Virus record (IMG/VR): IMGVR_UViG_3300037400_001617
DNA from: a virus
Lineage: Duplodnaviria; Caudoviricetes
Reading direction: 5' to 3' (one strand)
Length of the DNA: 64,000 nt
Part shown: piece after piece, positions 1 to 10,339 of the stretch
Position numbering within the stretch: position 1 is the first letter of the stretch
Layout of the letters: every line of letters starts with the position of its first letter
The notes under the pieces: generated by a model
The model's database searches: none
Told to the model about the DNA's origin: nothing
Seen by the model: the letters and a program-made list of their open reading frames with translations, nothing else
Program-made: the position numbers and the translations under genes

Positions 1-2105
1 GCAGTCTTACCGAGTTTGTCTGCAGCAAGTTTAACCTTGTTAGACAGACTACTCTCGTTAAGAGCTTCTGTTCTACTGATGTCGAGAAGTTCAAGTACAT
101 CCTGTACAGTCTCCTGGACATAGTGTGTATACTCATTAGTAGAGATGATATCAAGATCTGGAATAGAGTCATCTTCCTCCTGTTCCTTAAGAGCAGCGAT
201 ATCTGCAAGTGCCAGATTGATAGGATCTATCTTAGCATACTTACCATATCCATTCTCAGAACGGAGACGATGTCTCTCATATTCAAGTATAGAAGCATAC
301 TCCTTCACATCAAAGATGTCTCTGTTGAGAATGACAGCTTCTGTAAGTACAGGAATGCAGTCTGCAGTGACATAGTTGATGGAACGTCTTATAGTATTCA
401 TGAGTTCGTTCTTATCCCAGTTCATAGACTCTACTAAGACAGAAGTATCGTCCAGATACTTATACATCTCATCCCATGAACCGAAGTCAAAGTCATCATC
501 TGATGAAGAAGAGTCTTTGTTTCTCTTCTCATAACGCTCTTCTCTCTTCTTTTCGACCTCTTCATCTGTATAGAGAGTATCTTCTCTAGCTTCAAGTTTA
601 TCTCTATCAGCTTCGAGTTTCTTAATGTACTCCTTATAGCGCTGTTTAGACTTTTCATCTTTAGTTTTATTGAGTTTGTCTTTATAGCGAGAGATCTCTT
701 TGTCGTAAGCATCAACAACTTCTTTCATCTGCTTACGAGAGATATCCATCTTAAGGAAAGCACCAGTGATCAGACCGAAGATACCGAGGAATGGTGAAAA
801 GGCAAACATGCCGATGACTGCTGCTCCTCTTACTACAGCGAAGATATCAGGAAGTTCCTTGACGATATTCTCTGGTGAGTTACAGAAGACTCTATGGAGA
901 CACTTCTTCAGAGTCTGAATAGATTTGTTGTGAGACATCTTAAAGGCGTTAAGATCACCCTTGATTGTATTCTTCTTATCACCATTCAACTTCACCTTAG
1001 TTACAGTAGGCTTAATCTTCTTACCATTCTCATCCTTTCTTATAAGCTCCTTGTGCTTATCTGAATGAAACTCAAGGATAGTATCGATAGCCTCTTCTGT
1101 AGTAGTGATTGACTCATAATCTTCATCGAAGATATAAGCTATGGGAGCGAAGTCATCGTCATCGTAGAACTTAGAATTCTCTACAACGTACTTCATATCA
1201 TGAATGAGATCATCCATAGAGAACTCTTCCGAGTCTTGGTTGTTGAGCAAGAAGTAATCAGTAACAGCCTCGGCAATGAAGCTGTTCTCAAGAGGTATAC
1301 AGTTCTTGTTCATAAGATACATGATATTCTCAAGTGCAATACCATACTTAGCACCGACAGCGATATCATATGAATCTATAAGTGAACACAGCTCAAAGAT
1401 GCAGTCTCTATAAGAACCATCTTCTCTACGACATTCTCTGACAATCTTATCAAGATTGAATCTCTTTGAGAGTTTATCATGGTTATCTATGACACGATCA
1501 CATTGCTGATTCTTTTGAACACACTCGATCATTCTATTATAGCACTCTTCAACCATTTTCTCCTTAGGAGTCTTCTCTTCCTGTCCTTCTTCTCCTTCTG
1601 GAGTATTCTTCTTGACAGCTTCATCCTTACGCTGATTGAACATGTCATACTTATACTTACGGTTAGGGTGAAGAGTATTAACGTGGTGACCCTTATTCTC
1701 AAGGTCACGGGTAGTTACAGTAGCATTAGCATGTGTCTGCTTTTCGATCTTAGTGTTTGCTATCTTATGCTTACCCATCTTGTAGTTGTTAAGATGACGA
1801 AGAGCTTTACCGTCACGAACCTTGTGAAGTATTTTGCCTTCTATAAGTTCTGAAGCATTCTTGATGTGGGAAGGCGAGTCATTGTCGCATATCAGCTGGA
1901 ATAGTTCAAGAACTTCCTGAAAAGCAACAGATTCATCTCTAGATAGTCCTCTCCAGTTCTCAAGGACTATCTTAGCATTGTTGTAAGAGTATTGACTCTT
2001 AACGTGTCTGAACAGGGTCTTGATGTTCACGCTAGCGGGAGTCTCCGAGATGATACGGAGATTGTTACTACGCTCTTTGATATCCCTGGCAGTAAGTTTA
2101 GGCAT
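1..2105 (-). CDS. Large hypothetical protein, probable virion/internal head protein; runs off the window edge
   Basis: Open frame from ATG 2105 (MPKLTARDIKERSNNL...) to the window edge, absent from the ORF track because it has no stop in the window. SD AAGGAGG and late promoter upstream. Hydrophobic segment GAAVIGMFAFSPFLGIFGLITGAFL followed by a K/E-rich coiled coil. Confidence 0.75.
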   Translation of the reverse strand, partial: MPKLTARDIKERSNNLRIISETPASVNIKTLFRHVKSQYSYNNAKIVLENWRGLSRDESVAFQEVLELFQLICDNDSPSHIKNASELIEGKILHKVRDGKALRHLNNYKMGKHKIANTKIEKQTHANATVTTRDLENKGHHVNTLHPNRKYKYDMFNQRKDEAVKKNTPEGEEGQEEKTPKEKMVEECYNRMIECVQKNQQCDRVIDNHDKLSKRFNLDKIVRECRREDGSYRDCIFELCSLIDSYDIAVGAKYGIALENIMYLMNKNCIPLENSFIAEAVTDYFLLNNQDSEEFSMDDLIHDMKYVVENSKFYDDDDFAPIAYIFDEDYESITTTEEAIDTILEFHSDKHKELIRKDENGKKIKPTVTKVKLNGDKKNTIKGDLNAFKMSHNKSIQTLKKCLHRVFCNSPENIVKELPDIFAVVRGAAVIGMFAFSPFLGIFGLITGAFLKMDISRKQMKEVVDAYDKEISRYKDKLNKTKDEKSKQRYKEYIKKLEADRDKLEAREDTLYTDEEVEKKREERYEKRNKDSSSSDDDFDFGSWDEMYKYLDDTSVLVESMNWDKNELMNTIRRSINYVTADCIPVLTEAVILNRDIFDVKEYASILEYERHRLRSENGYGKYAKIDPINLALADIAALKEQEEDDSIPDLDIISTNEYTHYVQETVQDVLELLDISRTEALNESSLSNKVKLAADKLGKT

Positions 2106-2132
2106 CACGATTCCTCCTTTTTGGTATTGAAT

Positions 2133-2145
2133 TTATTATAAAGTT
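2133..2145 (-). promoter_or_regulatory. Late-type promoter AACT-TTATAA-TAA
   Basis: Matches the recurring AAC(N)-N6-TAA motif, just upstream of an SD. Confidence 0.6.
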
Positions 2146-2175
2146 GACTCTGAACGGATTGAGTTGGGAGCGATT

Positions 2176-2206
2176 GTAAAGGTGAGAAAGTAGAGTTGTA
2201 TACTAT
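2176..2206 (+). promoter_or_regulatory. Early-type bipartite promoter GTAAAGGT-N14-GTATACTAT
   Basis: Same two boxes and 14-nt spacing recur at 42112-42142 and 51992-52022. Confidence 0.65.
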
Positions 2207-2248
2207 TGTAGTGTAGGAATACAAAATCTCTTCCATCTTGAAAGGAGA

Positions 2249-2602
2249 ATGGATATGTTAAACACAAATATCATAAACACTTTCGCCGACTCAGCAAACC
2301 CAGAGATTGCAGATAAGCTTAGCGAAGTGCTGAAGAAGCATCTTACTAAGATAAACGATCTCACAACTGAAGCTATGAAAGCTTCATTAGACGAACCAGA
2401 TCCTGAGAAGTCTCTCAAGACCCTCCAGCTTAAGAAGAAAGACGCAAATAAAGAAATCATAAACCTCTACAATCTTCTCATCGATCTTTACAAGAGTGAT
2501 AAGTTTATAGCTTCAGCAGGAGCTGATAAATGTAAAGAAAGAATAGAGTACTTTGAGGAAAGCATCAGAAGAATGAATGAAGAAATAGAGGGAACCCACT
2601 AA
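2249..2602 (+). CDS. Hypothetical early helical protein (start may be ATG 2255)
   Basis: 117-aa ORF with SD AAAGGAG, its own promoter and a terminator. Confidence 0.75.
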   Translation: MDMLNTNIINTFADSANPEIADKLSEVLKKHLTKINDLTTEAMKASLDEPDPEKSLKTLQLKKKDANKEIINLYNLLIDLYKSDKFIASAGADKCKERIEYFEESIRRMNEEIEGTH

Positions 2603-2612
2603 GGGTTCCCTC
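2588..2612. terminator. Hairpin between convergent genes
   Basis: GAGGGAACCC-actaa-GGGTTCCCTC. Confidence 0.65.
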
Positions 2613-2641
2613 ATATCTCTGTATCACGTTGTACTTTCTTT

Positions 2642-5600
2642 TTAGTTATCTGAAGCGTCATGAGGACGTCTCATGCTCTCTTCGGCTCTCTTTGCGTCGT
2701 TCCATGTAACTACATCGCCGACAAGATAGCCCGTTATTCGTCTGATTCTCTCGAATCTAATATGGTCTTCTGATTCCTTACGTCCACAGCATGGACAAGT
2801 ATCACCGATGATACCTGTGTAACCACATACAGGGTCTCTATCTACAGGATGGTTGATAGCACCGTAGCCGATTCCCTGATCATGCATGCAACGTACTACC
2901 TTTTCGATAGAAGTTACATTCTCTGATGTGTCTCCGTCGAACTCGATGTATGTGATATGACCAGCATTAGTAAGCTCATGGAAAGGAGCTTCAAGCTTGA
3001 TCTTGTCGTATGCAGAGATCTTGAAGTTTACAGGAATGTGGAATGAGTTAGTATAGAACTCCTTATCTGTTACTCCTTCGATAACACCGAACTTCTTTCT
3101 GTCGATTCTAAGGAATCTACCACAAAGTCCTTCTGCAGGAGTAGCAAGAAGTGAGAAGTTAAGTCCAGTCTCTTCAGCCATCTGATCTGTTATGTTTCGC
3201 ATGAACTTGACGATGTTGATAGCTTTCTGTTCATACTCCTCACCTTCACCATGATGGTGTCCATACAGACACTTCATAGCTTCAGCGATACCAATGAATC
3301 CTATAGAGAGTGTACCGTTCTTGATAACTTCTCTCACCTCATCTGTCCACTTGAGTTTATCAGAGCCGATCCATACTCCCTGTCCCATAAGGAATGGGAA
3401 GTTATAGACATGTCTCTTAGCCTGAATCTCAAATCTTTCAAGAAGCTGAGACTTAGCAACTTCCATATAGTATCTGAGATCATTGAAGAACTTCTCTTCT
3501 GAACCTCCAGACTCTATAGCGAGTCTAGGGAGATTGATAGAGGTGAATGAGAGGTTACCTCTACCATGAGTAATCTCATTGTTAGGATCATAGTGATTAC
3601 CGATAACTCTTGTACGGCAGTTATGTGATACAATACCAGAGACATCGAATCTATCAGATGCAGTCTCTACATCATATCCATCTTCCTTCATATCAAGAAC
3701 TGAATACTCTACGACTTCTGAAGAGTTGAGTGTAGTCATGAAGTCTGATCCATCCCAATACTCAGAATCGAATACCACGTTAGCAGGTCCCACTACAGCG
3801 ATCTTATCGCCGATTTCGATATCTGCTACTGGTGTTCTTACAAATGTCTTGTCTTCTGTCTTAGACAGTACAGGAAGCGGATGGTCATCTGTAGCAGTAA
3901 TGATTCTTCCGTTAGCAAGTTTGATTCGAACCCAGTTAGTCATCTTAGGAGTAACCATTACCTTTCTACAAGGAACGAATCCTCCACTGGATGTATCATA
4001 GATATCAACGTCGCCGTCGACATCGATGTATTTAGAGATTCCGAATGTCTCAATCTTGAAATGAGCAGAGAGCTTCTCATACATCTTCTTGAATGTATGC
4101 TTGTACTCTTTATTATTGTAACGATAGTATACTTCATGGTCTCCTGTAACAGATCCCATGTAAGCTATCTCTGTTTCAGGACGTCCCTCAACATAGTACT
4201 GTTTGTTGAATGGAGCATCGATGAATGAGAAGTTAGGGAAGAGTCTACGAGATGTAACCTCACAAGCCTGCTTGAAGAGGTCGTAGTTAGGATCTTCCTT
4301 ATTGTAGTTGATTCCCTCTTTTACCTTGAAGATAACGATTGGGAAGATAGCAGTCTCTCCATGTCCAAGACCTTCATTCATAGCCTTGAGGAGATTCTTG
4401 GTAACCATTCTTCCTGCAGGAGAAGTGTCAGTTCCAAGATTTACACTAGAGAAAGGTCAGTTGTGTTATCGTATAGGCTTTTTATCCTATACTTCTGGAG
4501 GTCACCCTCATACGATTTACTAAGAATCGATACGTCTGTCAATTCAGACCAGCTCAGCGTACATTTCTACCCTCGTCATTACGTTAGGACCACGGGGCGC
4601 AACTCCCGTAGCAATGCCCTATAGACATTGTATCGGATACTCTTGGTGGGATTATATTCCTCTCGGTGTTGAGGTTTCACCCACTACGCGTTACGATACT
4701 GATACTTGTTAGAGTATCAGTTATCTCGGTATTAACTTACACGATCATGTTTTCTTCTCTAAAGAAAGATTCGAATCTTGTTTTCTTTCTATGTAAGAAG
4801 ATGGTTGCATTAGTGTAGATGTAATTGTAGAATCTTACTATATCATCTTTACGTCGAAGTCTGATCGATCTGAGCCATGGTGTGTTCTTTTGGTTGTTGT
4901 AGGAAAATGAAGACACACCTATTAAATTGGTATATATCCAGGTTAGATCATCCATGACATTTGGCCATGCCACAATATCAATACAACCTCTTTGGCTATT
5001 ACATACTTTTCTTTCTGGATGAGTTAGTCCGTAAGAGAAACTTCCATCTCCATCGAAGTATCCTCTTAGGAGATGTGGTATCAATGTATATGGTAACAAT
5101 GGTAGTTCCCTAAACATTTTGCCTACGCACATTCCGTAATTGTCTAGATCGTTAGCCATGATATAGCTATAGATAGAAGCTTGATAGCACACACTGTATT
5201 CTTCTCCAGCATCTGAACGATGTTTTACTTGCCTAAGTATTTGATTTGGAGAATTGATAGCATTAGCAAAGTATTCTACCATATATCTATCTTGTTCTTG
5301 CAAGGACAATGCTATCTTTGGGCATTTAGAGCCTCCTTTTGTATCATAGGAGACACAACCGTCTGCTATAAGTAGTCCTAATAGATAAGCTTGCTCTTCA
5401 GTTCTTATCAATGAGAAGTAATCTTCTATAGCATCTCTATTGTGGATCTGTTGCTTGGTATGCATATCGACATTCTGTGCCTTAAGTATCCTTCGTATTG
5501 TTTCAGAACAATATGGATACATTTCAGACATCTCTTGTAGTGAGTATGGATAGCTACGGTATCTGTTAATTATCTCTTCTTTGATATATCTTGGTATTTT

Positions 5601-6854
5601 CATCAGAATCCCTCCTTTCTTGTAAAGTTATGATACGTGTAAGTCTTCACCGATATTACCCGAGCTCTGTATAAGGTTTCCCTTATACTAGGCAACTTTC
5701 TTTACCTGTGCGCCTGCTCTGGAGTGCATTGTATTGAGATTGTGTACAAATGCTTCCATAGCCTGATGTGTTTCTTTGTCAGTGTCTTTGTATGCATTAT
5801 CCAATGAAGTCTGAATAGTCTTATCGAGATAGGATACTACATTGACGTCATCGCTAGACACAATATTATTCTCCTCAAGCTTCTTAGCTATCTCATAGAT
5901 GGCTTTATGAGTAATAGGAGTCATCTTTGTGCTGAGTTGTCCTCTGAGACTTTCAAGTATGAAGTTCTCCATCTCTGGCATTAACTCGTCTAACTTCTTT
6001 CGTGCTTCCCCTCCAGGAGTTATGTAGTACGAGAATGCGAAGTCGAAGAGCTTGCTGAAGTTATCCTTGAAATGCTTTGCAAAACTCTTATCTACATACT
6101 TAGCGAGACCGTAGTCGAGGTTAGGAATGCTCTGTCCGCCGTGACAGTCATTCTGGTCACTCTGTATAGCTATAGCAGCCAATGCAGCTGCTGACAGTAT
6201 AGTAGCAGGTTCTCTAAGGTATCCATGGCCAGTATTGAAACCACCCTCGAGGATCTTCTTAGCGTCGATCTGGCAGCAAGTAACAGTGAGGTCATAGAAG
6301 TCAAGATCATGTATATGTATATGACCATCTCTATGAGCTGTAGCTGCTGTGCGATTGATACGATTGTCAAGATAATACTCCTTAGATACATTAGCTCCAA
6401 TCTGAAGCATAGTACCCATAGCAGTATCGCCGTTTACATTGGCATTATCACGTTTAAGATTGCTGTCTTCAGAGCTCTTACCGAGGATCTCTTCCATACA
6501 CTCAGCAGTCTTGTTACGAGTGTTACGGATCTCGTCACGCTTCTTACGATAGAGGATATACTCTTTTGCTGTATCAGCATATCCTTTCTTGATAAGAACC
6601 CGTTCAACAAGATCCTGTATGCGTTCTACATGTATCCTTCCAGGTTCATGGTTAAGGAAAGTGTCTACCTCATCTATTACAGCGTCAACAACTTCGTTGT
6701 TCTTAGCGCTATACATGGGGTCTTTGGTTGGGTCGAATGATTGATGAGATGCTTTCACTGCTTTGGTAACAGCAACAGAGATATTCACCCTATTGAAGGG
6801 AACTACCTTACCGTCACGTTTTTCAACAGTGACATTCTCAAGATTCTTTGTCAT
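2642..6854 (-). CDS. nrdD: Anaerobic (class III) ribonucleoside-triphosphate reductase; exon 1 5704-6854, exon 2 2642-4457; contains an intein
   Basis: N-terminal ATP cone (VEKRDGKVVPFN), HIHDLD, DCHGGQS. Splicing restores HSRAGAQV/PFSSVNLGTDTS. MG-[intein]-CR, GNLSFTSINLPR, ATPAEG, YTNSFH, C-terminal glycyl-radical motif RITGYL. Confidence 0.97.
3620..4153 (-). mobile_element. Mini-intein (178 aa, no endonuclease) in NrdD
   Basis: Inserted in the MG|CR motif. Starts S(VTGD), has block B-like ITATDDHP, ends GYDVETASDRFDVSGIVSHN followed by +1 Cys. Confidence 0.93.
4458..5703 (-). mobile_element. Group I self-splicing intron (1246 nt) in nrdD
   Basis: Exon 1 ends in U (CAG GU|) and the intron ends in G (CAACUG|A CCU UUC), so ligation gives Q-V-P-F. 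P1 AGGU/GCCU has U.G at the splice site. AGAAAG can pair with exon 2 CUUUCU (P10). Core-like segments AUCGGUGAA/AUACCGAG and GUAACGCGUA/AUGUACGCUGA. Confidence 0.93.
4737..5603 (-). CDS. Intron-encoded LAGLIDADG homing endonuclease with N-terminal HTH-like segment
   Basis: Motifs YLLGLLIADG and LLRGYFDGDG; own SD GAAAGGAGG inside the intron. Confidence 0.92.
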   Translation of the reverse strand: MKIPRYIKEEIINRYRSYPYSLQEMSEMYPYCSETIRRILKAQNVDMHTKQQIHNRDAIEDYFSLIRTEEQAYLLGLLIADGCVSYDTKGGSKCPKIALSLQEQDRYMVEYFANAINSPNQILRQVKHRSDAGEEYSVCYQASIYSYIMANDLDNYGMCVGKMFRELPLLPYTLIPHLLRGYFDGDGSFSYGLTHPERKVCNSQRGCIDIVAWPNVMDDLTWIYTNLIGVSSFSYNNQKNTPWLRSIRLRRKDDIVRFYNYIYTNATIFLHRKKTRFESFFREENMIV

Positions 6855-6878
6855 GCTAGAATTCCTCCTTTAATTATA

Positions 6879-6891
6879 TTATAAGAGGGTT
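6879..6891 (-). promoter_or_regulatory. Late-type promoter AACC-CTCTTA-TAA (nrdD)
   Basis: Motif match upstream of SD. Confidence 0.6.
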
Positions 6892-6908
6892 GTGGGCCCT
6901 GTTATTGC

Positions 6909-8210
6909 TTACTGAATAGAAGTCCTTGACTTGTCAATGCCTTTATCAATGATACGCTGATCATTCAGGTAGAGAGTATCGATGTAAATGACTATGCTCG
7001 TAATAAGTTTAGGAGGATAACCCTTTACCGAGAGCATCATAGTCTTCCAATTCATCTCAGTCTCAAGGAAATCGTCATCACAATAGACTCTGATATCCAT
7101 AAAGACTTCTGGTGATATGAAACGATTCTTGTGTTTGTTGATGAACTTGAGAAGTTCTCCTTCAAACAACTCTCCCATATTAATCTCGAATGGTCCTGGT
7201 GCATCAGCCTGGTAGTCGGACTCTATATACTTTAACCATCCTCTTTCGTTCATATCTGGTGGTGGAGTTCCCTGCTTGAATGCTATCATGAGAGCTCCAT
7301 CTATAGCGTATGCTGACTTGGTTTGAGTAGAATATATCTGTTGTGTCTTGGTATGATATACATAAAGCTGCATACCAGGGAAACGAACGTTGATATTCAT
7401 CTCTATACCGAAGTCTGAGAGAAGATGTCCTGTTCTATTACCGTCATCTTTAGAGATAGATTCAAAACCTACTCTTACGGGGAGATCGTCCATACGTACA
7501 TAGTAGTCTTCTCTACCTGTCATATTATTAAACCTGAAGAGAATCGGCAAAAAAGAATGCTGATTGAGCCATGTAAGGAACTCTATAGGGTTCTTGATTC
7601 TGGCATTCTCGCAGTCTATCTTGAAACCAGCATCTGATGCCACGCTCAGCATCAGACTGTAAGGAATAAGATAGTCGTTAGTAGCGTCTCTGGTCTCCGA
7701 AAGACCAATTCTGAAAGCAAGTTTCATGAACTTGAAAAGGTCAAGTTGCTTAGCCCTAGTAGGACACTTGATTCTAAAGGTAAAGTTCATGAGTTCCATT
7801 TCCATCTTCATCATTAAGTAACGATGATTGATTGGATCTTGGATGAATGAACGGTCTATAGGAGTAGTATTTACAAACATCTCCAGACCAAAGAGATTAG
7901 TATCGATCATTGAACGGTCATACGTGTCGTCCAATTGACATGACATAGTACATGTACATGTGTCATCGCTTCCTTTAACGATAACTTTGTCCTTAGGAAG
8001 TCTTACGGTCTCACCAAAGACATTACTTCCGTCGACAAAAAAGTAAGAGAAGAAGTCCTTAGGGAACTTTTCGAGAAACCACTTCTTCACATACTCTATA
8101 CACACGGCATAGTTGTGAGACAGTGGAGCTACAGTACAGTAGTGATTCAGAATGTCCTCTTGTATATACCTATGGAACTGTACAGGAGTGTATCTATGTG
8201 ACATATACAA
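6909..8210 (-). CDS. Hypothetical protein, possibly virion structural
   Basis: 433-aa ORF, SD GAAAGGAG, late-type promoter upstream. Confidence 0.75.
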   Translation of the reverse strand: MYMSHRYTPVQFHRYIQEDILNHYCTVAPLSHNYAVCIEYVKKWFLEKFPKDFFSYFFVDGSNVFGETVRLPKDKVIVKGSDDTCTCTMSCQLDDTYDRSMIDTNLFGLEMFVNTTPIDRSFIQDPINHRYLMMKMEMELMNFTFRIKCPTRAKQLDLFKFMKLAFRIGLSETRDATNDYLIPYSLMLSVASDAGFKIDCENARIKNPIEFLTWLNQHSFLPILFRFNNMTGREDYYVRMDDLPVRVGFESISKDDGNRTGHLLSDFGIEMNINVRFPGMQLYVYHTKTQQIYSTQTKSAYAIDGALMIAFKQGTPPPDMNERGWLKYIESDYQADAPGPFEINMGELFEGELLKFINKHKNRFISPEVFMDIRVYCDDDFLETEMNWKTMMLSVKGYPPKLITSIVIYIDTLYLNDQRIIDKGIDKSRTSIQ

Positions 8211-8242
8211 CTCTCCTTTCTAGTAAAAATAAACTGGTGGTT

Positions 8243-8255
8243 TTACTCAGATGTT
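8243..8255 (-). promoter_or_regulatory. Late-type promoter AACA-TCTGAG-TAA, inside the hairpin ACTGGTGG/CCACCAGT
   Basis: Identical 13-mer also at 40615-40627. Confidence 0.7.
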
Positions 8256-8280
8256 CGAGCTCTACCACCAGTCATTTTTC

Positions 8281-8700
8281 TTACTTCTGCTGTTTATTCA
8301 TAAGAGCACAATACTCTTCAAATCCTATCAGACGTTCAAAGTCGTCGTCTGAAGGCTGCCATGGAACAACCTTCTCCGACTCCATATACGAAACTATGGC
8401 TATGAACTTCTGTCCAGGGAGTGTCTGAGGATCCTCTTCTGTGTTGTAGCTTTCATCGTAGCATTTTAACGTATAGAAAAGGATTCCACAACCCATGTAG
8501 TCCTGCATTACATTAATGACTTCACACAAAGCTTTGCAGGTTTCTCCAGTATAAGGGTTGATGGTATTGCGATCGTAGTAGGTGACAAGATCGCCCATCT
8601 TAAGCATGATAGGTGTTCTGTCATTTCCCTTCTGTATAACGCTTTTGGATGCGTTACGTACAAACTGCTGAGGGTTTATATTATTATACATAAAAATCAC
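8281..8700 (-). CDS. Hypothetical protein (early operon)
   Basis: 139-aa ORF coupled to the upstream gene. Confidence 0.7.
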   Translation of the reverse strand: MIFMYNNINPQQFVRNASKSVIQKGNDRTPIMLKMGDLVTYYDRNTINPYTGETCKALCEVINVMQDYMGCGILFYTLKCYDESYNTEEDPQTLPGQKFIAIVSYMESEKVVPWQPSDDDFERLIGFEEYCALMNKQQK

Positions 8701-9121
8701 TCTTTCTTGCTCGGTTTAGTGCTCTCTTTCTCTCGAGCTCTGTTATGTCTTCCGATGCATTCACATCATCGATGGAAACGTTCTCCTGACGATCTATACC
8801 ACGTATGATACCAGAAGCGACGATATCGAGGTTGCGAGCACTTGCATCCTCTATTATCATCTTGACTATTTCTACAGAGTTAGGACCTGTAAGATACTGG
8901 TTCTCTCTGTGATCTTCTGCCTCGAAGTACTCTATCGAGTACTCGTATGGCCCATGCATATAGATAATCTTTGATGAGTTCTTATCCTGCTCAAAGATTG
9001 TTATCTTACTGAATTTTATGATATATCCCGAGTTCAGCAAGATGGTCGTATTTGTTCCGTCAACAGTCTGAGGATGTAAGGTCGGATAGTTGGCAGAGAC
9101 AATCTTATCGATTTCGTTCAT
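8684..9121 (-). CDS. Hypothetical protein (early operon)
   Basis: Start reassigned to MNEIDKIV after SD GAAAGGTGG. Confidence 0.7.
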   Translation of the reverse strand: MNEIDKIVSANYPTLHPQTVDGTNTTILLNSGYIIKFSKITIFEQDKNSSKIIYMHGPYEYSIEYFEAEDHRENQYLTGPNSVEIVKMIIEDASARNLDIVASGIIRGIDRQENVSIDDVNASEDITELERKRALNRARKSDFYV

Positions 9122-9122
9122 A

Positions 9123-9830
9123 TCATAACACCACCTTTCCATCGATTTTGTCAAAGGTGTAGTCGTAGAGGTCTTTGAACTCTCCATACTCACCAGCAAA
9201 TTCGCCAGAGTTCTCCTTAACAGTGATCAATACGTCATCGATTGAACCTGTTTCGGTTGTGGTGTCACAGAAGTTATCGTTATACACATACTTCTTAGCA
9301 GCCAAGATTGCAGCTTCTTCAGAGTCTTTTGCCTTGACCTTTACTGTGTGATGTATAACTTCTTCAATACAAACATCGAATTCCTCCTCGTCTTCATGGA
9401 GGAAATCTGAGATTGTCATGAACTCCTGATCTTCTGGAGCATCATGTTGGTTTTCACAATCCCAAAGTTTGTCGTACATATCCTGTCTCTCTTCACCATT
9501 GAGAGAATAGTATATGTCTTTTGGTGTTTCGGTAGTCTTTCTTGTGTCTGATAAGATATCTTCTTTTGCTAACAGAGACCCGCATCTATTAACTATAACC
9601 TTATCTTCGATTGTTGCAGGCATATCTGGGTCTGCATCACATCCCCTAACGGCAAAGTAATGTGTGCCTTCTGGAAGGAACTTGTAGAGTTCGTTGAACT
9701 CTCTTCCTGTCGTCATAAGGACTTTCTTATCGAGTACATTCTTCGCTAAGAACTCTTCGGTAAAGATTCTTCTCTCGTCCTCTTCAGTAGGCTCTGTATA
9801 GCCGCTTTCTGTGTAATCAAACTTATTCAT
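9123..9830 (-). CDS. LPD28-like plus DpnD/PcfM-like domain protein
   Basis: LPEGTHYFAVRGCDADPDMPATIEDKVIVNRCGSLL resembles LPD28; FDVCIEEVIHHTVKVKAKDSEEA resembles DpnD/PcfM. Start ATG 9830 after AGGAGG. Confidence 0.6.
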   Translation of the reverse strand: MNKFDYTESGYTEPTEEDERRIFTEEFLAKNVLDKKVLMTTGREFNELYKFLPEGTHYFAVRGCDADPDMPATIEDKVIVNRCGSLLAKEDILSDTRKTTETPKDIYYSLNGEERQDMYDKLWDCENQHDAPEDQEFMTISDFLHEDEEEFDVCIEEVIHHTVKVKAKDSEEAAILAAKKYVYNDNFCDTTTETGSIDDVLITVKENSGEFAGEYGEFKDLYDYTFDKIDGKVVL

Positions 9831-9990
9831 GGTTTTCCTCCTGTTCATTTTCGAGTATGACTATCTGTCTGTTTACTTCGTCTAAACGTTCTTTGAGTTG
9901 ATCCTGAGATGATGGATGCCTACATTCCTCCATCATTATCTCCAACTCTTCTCTTGCGATATAGAGTCTTGCGAGATCGTCCATACTCAT
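9823..9990 (-). CDS. Small hypothetical protein (55 aa, not in ORF track)
   Basis: MSMDDLARLYIAREELEIMMEECRHPSSQDQLKERLDEVNRQIVILENEQEENHE; overlaps both neighbours and fills the operon gap. Confidence 0.7.
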   Translation of the reverse strand: MSMDDLARLYIAREELEIMMEECRHPSSQDQLKERLDEVNRQIVILENEQEENHE

Positions 9991-10265
9991 TCTCCTTCTT
10001 CTGAAGTTGTGGTGGGTATTCTTCTGATTATGAGATGCTTGTACTGAAGCTTATCATCTGCATCATATGATACGATATATGAAGCTACCAGATTTCCAGC
10101 ATCGTCTGTAGAGTATCCTCTTTCGATGATTATCTTAGGGAGTCCCCTAGTTTCGTCTTCCCATGCGGAGAATGCTATATCTCCTATTCTTGAGAAGACT
10201 TCTGATCTTGTTCCTCTAAGAATCTCTTCGATTCCTTCATAGAGGACATAAGTGTAGTTGTCCAT
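9987..10265 (-). CDS. Hypothetical protein, first gene of an early operon
   Basis: Start MDNYTY after AAGGAGG. Confidence 0.7.
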   Translation of the reverse strand: MDNYTYVLYEGIEEILRGTRSEVFSRIGDIAFSAWEDETRGLPKIIIERGYSTDDAGNLVASYIVSYDADDKLQYKHLIIRRIPTTTSEEGE

Positions 10266-10314
10266 CTTTTGAACCTCCTTTATTTTAGATTGCCAGGAAG
10301 TCGAAACGACTTCC

Positions 10315-10334
10315 TGACTCATCTATAATATATA
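10315..10334 (-). promoter_or_regulatory. Early-type promoter TTATATATTATAGATGAGTC
   Basis: 19/20 identical to 57460-57479 (+). Confidence 0.7.
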
Positions 10335-10339
10335 ACTTC

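Noticed and set aside
123-1853. Short ORFs here and many antisense ORFs elsewhere (e.g. 14911-15612, 47920-48492, 63208-63867)
   Set aside because: Shadows of long real genes on the other strand or frame; no SD
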